This document shows, in pieces, positions 40,426 through 53,142 of a stretch of 64,000 nt of DNA (the first letter of the stretch is position 1; each line of letters opens with the position of its first letter). This DNA comes from Trichoplax sp. H2. Lineage: Eukaryota. The position numbers and the translations under genes were made by a program. The stretch spans positions 1-64,000 of the forward strand of contig NOWV01000276.1 of NCBI GenBank assembly GCA_003344405.1, given 5' to 3'. The notes under the pieces are model-generated. The model searched no databases, was not told where the DNA came from, and saw only the letters and a program-made list of their open reading frames with translations.

Positions 40426-43367
40426 CTGGCAATGTTAAAAGTCAAGCGCTATTTTAGTCATGAAAAAATGACTATCGATACGTCGATCATGTCCGACGCA
40501 ATCTAATGGCATCGATTGCTTCTTAGTTCTATGTATTGTAACAAAATTCGTAGTTTGTAACAATATTTTCCTATTCTACCTATCCTTTAGCGCCATCCTC
40601 TAGTTTACTCTATTCCCTAAAGGTTATCGTTTTACTGTAGTTAATTTGCCTTCTGCATCACTATTATTCAAGTTCAATGCAAAGCTCAAAGTACAGTAAT
40701 CATCATCTCCATCATCGAAATCCTTCTTTTGCTATTTTTGTTGCGGAGATGAAATATAAGCAATACATAGGAGTGGATTTTTCGTCAATCGGAAAAATCG
40801 ACCAGCGACAATCGATTATTAGGATATCAAACAACTTTTATCCAAGTTTTTCTTCATAACGCTTGACTTTATAATAGTGTCACTAAGTGAACTTCCTGTA
40901 AATGGGACTTCTTGTTATTATTAGATTAGACATTGGGAACTATTTTACCTCACGCCTTTGCAATAGCATTAGCCGTTGATACCTTTTAAAATGACTCTAG
41001 CTGTAATACCATAATATCCATACTAAGCTTTTGGATCATCGAATGATGATAACATTTATGAAACAGTAAATTGCGATCAATAGTGATCTTAGCATTGCTA
41101 GTTTGATTTCTCTACTCACAAACATCATTACAATTATAGCCTTTATATCTTAATATTTAATATTAATACTACATTTTATTAGTCCTTTACATGCTTTTCA
41201 AGCAATCAAGGCACTAACCTTAATAAGTATAAATTAAAGAACAACTGATATTATAATCTGGTCATAATCAATGTTATTCAAGACCGTCGAATCAGTCTTG
41301 ATACTAGACATCGATGGAAATGAGTGCACCTATATCAAGAATAACTAAATGAGTATATGTTTCTGTACTTCTGCAATAAAATCAAATTCTGCTGGTTGAC
41401 TTGTTTAAAAGAATTATACACAGAAGAACTTCTTGCCTACTTTGAATGCTGAATTCGATGTCCAATTCTAATGTAAACAATACTACTGCACTTACTTGTC
41501 ATCTCCATCAAGCTAAAAAGAGCGTGATGATATCTCCTCACTTTTAATTCTGAATTTAATTCTATATGGAATCATCACTGTATCGATAATCTATTCATAT
41601 TTTGTATACTAATGGATAAAGAACGGAAATTAGAATTGGTCAATTAACCTAATAAAAACCGACATCTATTTCGGCCGCACCGTTTCAATAATTATAATTC
41701 ACAATTTAACTGCAAACATGATTTACAGTCTAAGGATAAAATTTTACTGGTATAACATCCCTTTAATCTAGCAAGAAAACTGATTTCTATCGAATTGTAT
41801 GACTAAATAACCGATGCCTTTCCCTCTATCTTAAAGGTAACATTCGAAGCCATCGATAAAGTATCAGTAAAGGTTATTATTCAACGTATCATTGATTCCA
41901 TTTAGGATTAATCACATTTTGGTAACGCAATTTAGATCCATGCTTATGTTATTATTGATTTAATTGAATTTAATGATTCCTACTGCAATATGAAAAAAAA
42001 ACTCTGACAAGCAACTATAACTAGACTGCAATAACGCGCTGATATAATTGGAGTAAAAGCCTGGATTGTTCTACTTATCAATAATAATAATAATTATAAT
42101 TACTGAAAATATTTGATTGGATTGATAGCTTGCAATCATCAAAAGCTTCAATGAAATCAATATAAGCGTAGAATTATTTAATATCTTCTAACTGAGATAA
42201 TTTATCATCAATATACTTATTGCTAATCTGTAATTGCTATCTGTTAACATTGTATCAAACCATAATTTAAAATATTGGCAAACTAATTACTTTCTCTATT
42301 TTGACAAAATAGATACTGAGCACTTCAGCACCATCCTAAATATCTTTACTAGATATAGCTTTAGTCTGAGATTGATACAAGTAATCAATAGCATAACTTA
42401 TTATATCCACCATAGTTGTCTAGGTCATATATTCCATAAGATATCCTTACATTATGTTTATAATTTTAATGAATTTACAGTATCATTATGGTTTATGATT
42501 ATAACTATAATTGGATTTGGAGAAATGGAAATGATGTCTTACTCACGGAAATCAGATATTATTTTAATCAATTGTTAATATAGTCTTCATCAGCGTATGC
42601 AAGATCGAATTACCCTATCTTAATTACAGATAGTTTGATCTTACTAAAATATTGTCAGTAAATCACATCATAAAATAACTAGCAAGATTGTGAAATAATA
42701 ATAGTGATAATTGAATTTATCAAACAGTACATAATAATGATATCCATATACTCTTCTCAAATACAAGATCACTATTAATTGGACTGATCATGGTTACGAT
42801 AATTCAAATGTTAGCTGAATCCGGAATAACTATTACGACAATACTGAATGATTTTAATTTCAGGAAAATGGTAGATTATTCAAGCATGACAACCATATTC
42901 ATAATGTAATTGTTGTCAATTTAGAGCTGACATAATCGCAACTGCTCTATGCATATATGAAATAACTTAATTGAGGAGATATTAATTTGAAAACTGTAAT
43001 TCAATAAGCGGTAATAACAATTAATGCACCGTTAACTGATTTGATTTTAAGATTGAAATAATGCCTAGAGTAAATACAATAGGAATCTATTAATTGAGAA
43101 AAAATTTTTAAATCAAAATCTTAGTTTTATTAATATTGTTACGAGTAATGTATTGTTGGGTAGCTAGTAATGAAGTGTCTTGTTCAGCTAGTGATCAAGG
43201 TGCATTAAAAATTGTTTACGAGGAAACGCACCATAGAAGGTTAATTAGGCATTCTCAATATCTTCAACTGATTGCAATAAATAATTAATTTACTGATTGT
43301 CCTCGTTTCTATGAAAAATTTGATGACTTTTATTGCGTTATATTTAATCATAACAATTAATACATCG

Positions 43368-43998
43368 TGTCACAAAACAGCTTTGCAACAAGATAACGCA
43401 ATATACGATCAATAAGTCAATTCCTTGAACCGCGTATCAAGGAACGATATCTGCATTATCACAAACACTTTTGCTCTACTAGCAGACTACATAAAGACTT
43501 AAACGCCTCGTATTTTACGTTAAACACTAAGTTGGACAATTCTTCTTTATTTCACGACATACTGCATTTATATACTATTCCTCAATAGTTCATGAGTCAT
43601 AGCTAATACAATTAACATTAGAATCATTTACTGAATTAGATATTAATTTTAGCTACTGCTCCCTTAATGCAGACAACAGTATTTACGAACATAGACATGT
43701 AATGACTAATACAGAATAGTCAGATTACGATATGTCCTATCACGGAACATTTCCATGATAATTTACAATCTACCATAAGTAAATTACAATCACAATGATT
43801 CGAACTGTAAGCAGATGATTTGCATTCCCTATTATAACTATTAATTTCAGTATGTGTATAAGTGTCACTGTCATAAAAAGTCAGTGCTATATTAAAATAC
43901 AGTATATCCAAATTAGAAGTTAACTAAATAAGGATAGTCTAATAGAATTATCCTAACATAGATATTTCTACTGTAATACAGTATATAACACTGTAACA
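43368..43998 (-). mobile_element. Solo-LTR-like element, family 1, copy 4 (631 bp)
   Basis: TGTCAC...GTAACA, TSD CATCG/CATTG (one mismatch); empty site CATCG at 44514-44518. Confidence 0.9.
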
Positions 43999-46352
43999 CA
44001 TTGATAGAGCAAATTTATTTCTATCCTGATTAATGATATATTGAGCTTAATTATTGAAATTGATAACCTCCCAATACCATATTAATCAAATACGAATAGA
44101 AATCTCTGTAGTAATGTAAGCTGAAATAAAAGCAATTAACACTTTTAGGCTAAGCTGCATCTAGCGAATTATATTTCTGAACTTTTGGATTCATGCATGC
44201 TATTTACTATCAANNNNNNNNNNNNNNNNNNNNATCAAGGTGCATTAAAAATTGTTTACGAGGAAACACACCATAGAAGGTTAATTAGGCATTCTCAATA
44301 TCTTCAACTGATTGCAATAAATAATTAAAATTTACTGATTGTCCTCGTTTCTATGAAAAATTTGATGACTTTTATTGCGTTTTAGTAACGTGAATTATCT
44401 CTAAATCAATCCTTTAGAAAGGTATATATACATACATATGTATATGTATGCGCTGTTTTTGTATTTACTAGAACATATATATGTATACCCATATTTAATC
44501 ATAACAATTAATACATCGATAGAGCAAATTTATTTCTATCCTGATCAATGATATATTGAGCTTAATTATTGAAATTGATAACCTCCCAATACCATATTAA
44601 TGAAATACGAATAGAAATCTCCGTAGTAATGTAAGCTGAAATAAAAGCAATTAACACATTTAGGCTAAGCTACATCTAGCGAATTATATTTCTGAACTTT
44701 TGGATTCATGCATGCTATTTACTATCAAAATTTCTCTAAGATAAAGACTAGAGTTGGTATGTTCAACTAATATTTTCGAACAGCGAACGTTGAAGGTTAT
44801 TTCCTTTATTTTTTAAGACAGATAATTTACCTAGATATAAATTAACAATCTCAACTCACAATTTATTCGCAGTCACTCGAAATTATTATTAATCGTATAC
44901 CTAACTATGCTCTAATTTAATTTCTCACATATCTTGAAAAACACTCACCCTCATCTGTTCCATTAAATTATTTTTAGGTTTCAAAACTCAATAGAAACAG
45001 TACAGTATTTGACTACTCTAATAGGTGTTGATCTATCTATAAATCGGTCTATTACAATGCTGATCTAAAATGAAATGAAGGAGAAATTTATGAATTTACT
45101 TCACTACATATAAATCAAACTATGTACGTATAGATAGTCGAAATTAATTTAATACAATAGCATATTCAATTGGGGATAAGTATTATTATTAATTATTAAT
45201 TTCTAGATATTTTTGCAGAGCAGATGCTAAAGATTAATTTATCTAGTATCCTAGAAGAAAAAATTGGGCTAGGATTAGATATATTTTCCTGAAAAGTTAA
45301 TAATCATGAAGCAAACGGCATGCATGATTACAATTTTTTCATTACTATATGCTATAAGCAAGAAGAGAATTTCTGAAACTCTGTAAATTATGCTATTTTA
45401 GTCACTGAGTCAGCCCAACACTATATTCGAAACTTACATTCTCTAGGTTTAATTTTCACCTCCAGGTTTTCAGTTTTGCACATATTTTAGTTTGATGTGA
45501 TAAAAATATAAATAATTGATGCTAATGAAGTACAGTATATCAACCAATGATTTTGAAAGTATTGGCTAAACAACAGTTAAAAAAGCGGTATGCAAAGCAA
45601 AATGAAAATAGTGTATGTATAAACGGACATGATAGGTAGTTTATGCTATATTGTGGTGAATTATGTAATTGTTACAAGCCTGATTGACATTTTTTTACCT
45701 TAAACCCTTATTCTATGCTAATATACAATCAAATTGAAATTGTCTCGCTCTGTTATGCGTATAATCAATCGATAGCAAAGTGGAGTTCTATTGCAACTAT
45801 TATCACGACTTAATTTCTAATTGTTATGCAAATCGGAAATACTTCATGGTGCAATCAATGGAAACAATTGCAATGTTCATGATATAAAGCAATTTGGGAT
45901 AGCGTAGCTAATTTAGGTTTACTGAATGTAATTCTACCTTGTTTTCGAGACCGATTGAGAATTATTAGTCAATTTAGATCATTTACTACCGGTATGAAAT
46001 AAGAATATTTAGATAAGAGCTGAAAATTAAAAGCAAATCAAGTATAACAGGTGATGCACTCTTTCTTAATTCTTAACTGAATACGTAGGTTTTAGTAAGT
46101 TACGGTATCGATCTAAGAAATGAAAAGCAGTAGCTCTTTATTATTCTTAAGCAATATAGATAGTCATAGCTATTGTAATCTGTGATGATAATATAAATTA
46201 AAATTTTCAATATTTTAAAGTCATGAAGGTTCATGATCACCAACACTTTCGCATGACATAATAAAACGAGTTACTACACAGTAATATATCGTATATTTCT
46301 GTAGCCAAATTCGCGATAATTTATATTAACTATACATGAAACACACATATAA

Positions 46353-46574
46353 CGGCCGATATTGGCGTTGTTTACTCTCTAAATGATTTAAGAATTCAAT
46401 TTGAGCTTGCAGTCAAAACGAAAGATAGCGATAATAATAATAAACAAAAGCCCTAATTATATTATATACTTGCATATTAACTCACTTATACGGGCCCGTA
46501 TTGGCATTGTTTGCCCCCTAAATAGTTAAGAATTCAACTTGAGCTTGTAATTAAAGCGAAAAAATGGCGAAAAT
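46353..46574. repeat. Imperfect direct repeat, two ~82-bp copies 138 bp apart
   Basis: cggccgatattggcgttgttt...aagaattcaatttgagcttg (46353) vs cgggcccgtattggcattgttt...aagaattcaacttgagcttg (46491). Confidence 0.7.
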
Positions 46575-49500
46575 TACTTCAAGATCGCTAAGGCTTACAA
46601 AAACATAAAAACAATTTCTTGCAGAATAGAAACAACATTACTCCTGAAATTTTCTTCAGGTTAATTTATCATGACTTTAAATTCCTTTGCTTATCAAGTT
46701 ACTTAATTTACATAAAGGCTATTCTTAATTAATTAAATTGAATCGAAATTCTCAGTCTACTTTCTTATCTATAGTAAAATTTTATATCAAGAGCTTTTTA
46801 TGCTATTCATTAACTTTTGTCTGTCTTTCTTTACTCATATTTGCATTTTATTCTGATAGGACAGAAAGCCAAATGCTGCAGTTTTTCAGGTAATAAATAC
46901 CGTGAGAATTTCTTCAGTTATCAACGTTTCTTACATATATGGAACTGGCTTCGGATGTATAGTACGAGCATAATACTGAATTAAAATGGTGTAAATTATT
47001 TAGAATTAGCCGTAAGGAAAACGTTTTCTTTCGAATATATTTAAGTCTCGAAGGAGACAAATAGCAATTCAATCAAATAATTTGTTGTCATGAGTTTAAA
47101 TATAATTTGCAAAATGTTATAAAGTCAAATTTTCTTCTACGTCGAAAGAGTCGGTGGCTGGATCAAGTTCAGCATATTTAGCGTTTTCCTAAGTATAGTA
47201 ACTTCATTAGAGGGCAATGAAGAAATTTTGCTTTAATTTACATGTATGAAAATAGAATACAAATATGATATAAGTAAAGGTGTTATTAATAGCGAGGACC
47301 TGAGATGATTTATTAATTGTGTTAAATCAATACCCATATATTTAAAGAAATTCACTGCGCTATTCGTAAATTTAAAGGTGTAAGATATAAATTTAATCTA
47401 ATAATTAAGCACTTTCGCGACTGTTACCGGTACTCACGTCGTGATATTAGGACGTATTAAAGATTCTTCCATATTTAGTTAATAAGAATTCATCGCATGC
47501 AACTTTAAACTAAGTAGTTCATGCATTCTAGCACAATATTTACGACATTTTATTACCAACAACGGTATATATATATAATAATGGCGAAAGATGTTAGAAA
47601 GAAAGTCTGGCTTTCAATTGATTATTCGAAAATGTCTTAAACCCACTTAAAGAAGTAATATTTATTTGATACTCTATTATAAACGATTGCGATGGCAATA
47701 ACGATACTTTTAGAAGTTAACTAGTGCAAACTCCCGTCGCTTTACTGACGGTTTATGATGATGTGCTCATTTAACATAAACAACAGTTATTTTACGATAT
47801 AATCAAATCTCCTATCAATTTTGATCTAATTATTCCGAACCTGTTTCAATAGATATAATAGGCTTGGATTCCCACAATAGATTTTACACTAAGAATTTCA
47901 TTGCTAGCCAGCAAATTGTAATGCTTTGTAGAAATTTGTTATAATATGTATTGAAATAAACGGCTTTTTCTCTATGATGTTAAAAATCTCATATATTTAT
48001 TCGTTATATTGCTGTTTTAGAATATTTTCACAGACTGTATTAGAATGTCTAAAATTTTATTTTAATAGAAAAATTGAACTTTCAATTGATATCTCCGAAA
48101 GTATTCTTAGCTATTATAGGAAAGTTACTCAGTTTCCTTATAAATTAATCAAATTTATTTCAGTTTGGCCAAGACAGATTACTCTTTTATCATTCGTTCG
48201 TTAACTAGAATATGCGCGAATTATTTAATTTTATCATTACTTTACGAGTAAGTTTAATGACATAGGTTACATTATGGGTGATATCTTTTGCATCTATGAA
48301 ACTATTTGAACTTTTTTAGCATATATAATGCAAGAAAGCTGCTCTATAAATACTAAATTTAATTTCAAATTTCATTTTTGGGATTTGTTTATTGTATAAT
48401 TTATTGTACCAGCTACAAATCCTCTTCAAAAATAACGTTTTCAGTATAACAGCAGTTAAAAAATTATGGATTAATATTTATCGATTGGAAAGAAAGATTG
48501 ATGTAGGTGTAAAATACAGTAGCAGTCTATGTAAAGTTATACATTTTCTAAATTTACTTCCATTTACTGTACGTAAGTTGGAATAATAATTTACATATAA
48601 AAAAATAATGTAAGTCATACTATACCATTAAAATTAAATTACCACATGTAAATTTTACGTCTTACTGTAAATAAGGGCTATAATAACTCAGTTATTACCT
48701 TTATCTGAATTACAATTTTTTAGGATATACTCGTAGTTCTTGCGTTGATCGATCTTGCTAATTTTGTCTAATAACAATTTCGTTACATTACTTACTTGGC
48801 TTCGTTAAGAATTCATCAAGGTCAATTTCTAAGAATACAATGACTTTCGCTATTCCCCTTCAGCTGTTAAGATATTGATATAATAAGTTGACGCATTTGG
48901 ATAGAATTAAAAAACTAAATGCATTTACTTAAACTGAAAAGAAGGTCAGTTATTGTTGAATAAAATATAAAATTGTCTACATAATAAAATATTTAGAAAG
49001 ACGGTTTAGCTTTAGTGTTTTGGCATTAGAATTATAAACGAGCAGAGTTATCTTGTAGTAAGAGTTGTGTCGTATGCAAATAACTTAAAAGATTTTTAGG
49101 GAATGCTCAAGAGGATCTAAATTAACTTTTACATTTTTCAGTGGCCATATTTGTCAGGAATTGTAGTTAGTAATGTATACGTACCATACATGATTATGTA
49201 TTACTTGATTATAGTTGTGGTGTATTTACCAAATTGAAAGGATTTACATTCTCTCATCTAAGGCCAATCAAGCCAAAAATATTTCAATTGCTATTTATTG
49301 TTGGATGTATTACTAATTTCGTTTCAATCATTTTTAGTAAGCAATGCAACATATTTAGTATGTGATGATGTTAGTGTATTGGAATGTAAATTATACAACC
49401 GATTCTACTGTATGTCGCTAGCTATTGGTTATGGGATAAAAGTCCCTTATCGAAAAAGTTAAGGTATTACTTGGCTAATGATAGTATGTAAATCTCAATT

Positions 49501-51508
49501 GTCTTACAGATATTTCTTACTGGCAATAGTACTGTTTCATAATTGCTTAACTGCAATTGTACTGGAATTTAATATACAAATCTTAATCTTGCTTAGACTA
49601 GTAAAATTTATGGCTAGTCCAATATCTCCATTTTTGGAATAAAAGATTACAGAAAAAATGAAATATATAAATTAAACGTTTAAAAAGAACAAATATTTTC
49701 ACATTTGACTTCCCTAATTTAATGTACATAAACGGTAGATAAATTGAATATCTAATTTGTAATTATAAATTGATGATCCAATGCTAAGCAATTATCTTAC
49801 TAATGTTATTTCAAATCAGGATTATTAATAATTTTATACCAGAATAATGTATTAAATAATATATCATTAATTAAAACTCGATGTTTACTATAGTTTTCAT
49901 TCAGCTAGCAAAAATCTTTTTTAGGCAAATGAATTAAATAATTTTAAGATCCTGTGCTGTTAAATATTTATTTTTTTCCTAAATTATAAATAGTAAAGGC
50001 ATAAATAGAGATCATTACTGCAAGATTTAATTATGAAACATTCGAAAGTGCTAAATCATGCTTATATTAGGCTGCTATGCTAATTTATGCTAGTTGCCCA
50101 ATCTCTTAAAGGTATACTACGAGAATATGTAGTCAGGATTGGTGTTTGATAAATAAGTATTATCACCAATTCCTGTTGTCCGCTCTTACCAATAATTACA
50201 TTGAAATGATATCATTCAGTCATTAATCAGCCAATTAAAAGAATGAAGCCGAAAATTCAGAAATACCTTTGATATTAAGATATAACTAATAACGATATTT
50301 TAATCTGACACTTCTACTATATTTTAGATGTGTGCTAAAGCAGCACCCATATTGCTTCTTACTAGCTTAAACAAGCAGGATTTCCATGATTATTTCAGAA
50401 GTTAACGAAAGTAATATGATTTTCAGGTATACCGGAAGCGAATATACATATTTCATGTCAATTTAAATTCTATACAGGACATAAGGAATTGGGCTATGTT
50501 GATTCTCATAAAAAGCATCACTATTAACGGGTTATTAGCACAATAACGAGTATATAATAAGTTCTCTTTGTCAATAATATTCATTAGGAAGACGTTTAAT
50601 TTTTTAACTTGTTTTTCATAAACAAAATACAATTTTCTCTCTATGTAATCCCAGTTATTAGCAACGATATGACCACTATTTTAACTTTGATAATATCACA
50701 TAGCACTTTTTGAATAAAAATTTAAATTTGTAACTTTGCCTTGATATGCAGCTATTCGTGTCAAAAGATTTTGTATTCATGTCAGCAAATTATAATGCAT
50801 GCGATATACATTGATTATGTACTGTACTAGATATTACATAAAGATTTGTCTTAATGACTGTTTTCTAAAATCAATCAAGAAAATGTGCAAGTATTATAGC
50901 ACACTAAGTGCTCTATGAATTCTCGGAAACGTACTACGGAAAACAATAGCAATGATATTTTCCACGTATTGAAGAGTTAGTCGATAATAGATCTCTATTA
51001 TTTTATAGTATTGCGAAATGTTTATCACAAATCACGAATTAGCACTGTATTTCATAATTTAAATAATTCTAATCCGTGCATTAAATAGAACTACGGAATA
51101 AAAGATGAGAATGAAGAGCACAAGAATGGCGATTGATATATTTTATTCATAATTAATTATTTATTGCCAATTTGTTAGCAAGTGCAAAAATCAAATTTTT
51201 AACAAAGGTGTAAAATTCAATTTCATTTTAATCATTTTATAAACAGATTTACAAAACAGCTGACTATCTGTACGATTACGGTCGCGTATTTCCGTTAGCT
51301 TTTGTTACGGCAAATTGGATAAACTAATCGTATTAAAATAGGCAATATATTTTAAGTAGGTAATATCATTCATGACCATATTCCAATGTAGAGTAGTGAT
51401 ACTATAATGTAAGAGTTAAAACTATTATGTTACTTTTTACAAAGTTAGCTATGATACCAATATGATATAGTTAAAAATTATAACTCAACCGAATGAGTTT
51501 TTATTAAT

Positions 51509-51950
51509 TGTCACAAACCAGCTTCGTGACAAGGATAACGTAAAACAAATCTCTAGATTACTATAGTCTCCGGGATTAAGTATCCCTTTACTACCTCACA
51601 AGAATTTAGACGCCTTTGCTTCTACGTTAAACTCAACTAGACAATTGAGAACTACTTTATTCAACTATCTGACGGGCTTATATACCCTTCTACAGCAGCT
51701 AACATTCACGAGTTATCTTTAAAAATACTTAGGTGAGAACATCTATCTAACTAATTTTTCACAGTTAGACTACAATATGTCCGTTCATAGAATCATTTCA
51801 GTGCACATTACAGCACAGCATTAAATTTACTGAAACATATTTATAATTAGAGTAATTCCTATTGTATGTAACTAGTTGTAATATAATTTCACTATATTAT
51901 ATTAACCAAATTTAGATATCTATTTCTTCACGGTATTTCGTACCGTGACA
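51509..51950 (-). mobile_element. Solo-LTR-like element, family 2 (442 bp)
   Basis: Perfect TGTCAC...GTGACA ends, TSD TTAAT; left end resembles family 1 (tgtcacaaa.cagctt...gataacgtaa); minus-strand TATATAA then AATAAA (~51684 to 51656). Confidence 0.88.
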
Positions 51951-52173
51951 TTAATGTACTGCCTTCTATAATCCATAAAACAGGCGAAGAAATTAAGAAA
52001 TAGCGCGTAATATTATCGTTATATTCGGAGTAATATCTATGTATAACTAGGAAATATTATGACCAGGCATATCGACGAATATTATAAGCGAATTTACCCT
52101 TTAATATTCTTTTATTACGTACCGTTTGCCTCCTACGGATAGATACTAAATGTATTTGATTCCATTTAGGCAG

Positions 52174-53142
52174 TTACCTAGGCTTTACGATAAATAAAGC
52201 CGTTCTTTTTAATAATAATCGATGAATTTCACCGCGATAATGCGCCGTTAAACAAGCATAAAGTATTGGATTCACTGCTGGATAAGAAAATGCAAAGTAT
52301 TGGCTTAAAATAGCTGCTACTGTCATAGAAAATGAAGATCCTGAGGTATTCATTAGTGATAAAATAATATATGGCAACCAGAAGATAATAAATAAGCCAA
52401 CCATGATGGCCATATGTTTAACAACCTTAGTATTGATTCTTCTCATAAAAATGGCAGTCTGTGCATCACCCGATGGAATCATTTGTTGTCTTAGGTTGCG
52501 GTGATTTATTTTACATAAGATATAAGAAAAAAGGAGCAGTACAATGATTAGGGGAATCAAAAAGAATAAACCAAATACAATAAGAATATACACAAAATGG
52601 GATAAAAAGCGAGAAGGATATAGGTTGATGCATTCTTCATTTAATGGATACATAAAAGTGTAAAGTGGGATAACGACGCAAAGTAAACTAATTAGCCAAA
52701 TAGCAGCAACGGATAAAACTACTATAATATTAGCACGATATCCATTATAATATTGCGGATAGAAATAATAAAAGTAACGATCAACGTTAATGATAGTCCA
52801 ATGAAAATTAAATGAGATAATTAAGGCAGGACCAGCTAGTCTCAGGATTGTGCAGATAAAAGCATTGTTAACCCAATAAGTTCCAAGGACTCTGTAAGGC
52901 AGCAAGTACAGCAGAGCAAACAAAATACCAGTAAAGAACATGCTAGCCTTCATCCAACCGGATTTACAATGAAATTTTTTTTTAAAGATAATTAGCGACA
53001 ACATACATAAGTTCGTTGCTATCGTAAGGCAAAAAATGAATACATAAATAACTACATTCAATTTTAAATAAATGTTGATGAGATTGGATAAATAGTCCGC
53101 GGTTAAACTTTCTGTTTGTTGGGTGGTTACTGATTTATCCAT
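52174..53142 (-). CDS. Intronless class A GPCR, orphan, 322 aa; paralogue of the 39358 gene
   Basis: NVDRY, IFWLPY, FSYPAVNPILY; shares LLYLLP, KHMAIM.G.FI.FWLPY and QY.AFSYPA.NP.LY with the 39358 GPCR. Confidence 0.92.
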   Translation of the reverse strand: MDKSVTTQQTESLTADYLSNLINIYLKLNVVIYVFIFCLTIATNLCMLSLIIFKKKFHCKSGWMKASMFFTGILFALLYLLPYRVLGTYWVNNAFICTILRLAGPALIISFNFHWTIINVDRYFYYFYPQYYNGYRANIIVVLSVAAIWLISLLCVVIPLYTFMYPLNEECINLYPSRFLSHFVYILIVFGLFFLIPLIIVLLLFSYILCKINHRNLRQQMIPSGDAQTAIFMRRINTKVVKHMAIMVGLFIIFWLPYIILSLMNTSGSSFSMTVAAILSQYFAFSYPAVNPILYACLTAHYRGEIHRLLLKRTALFIVKPR

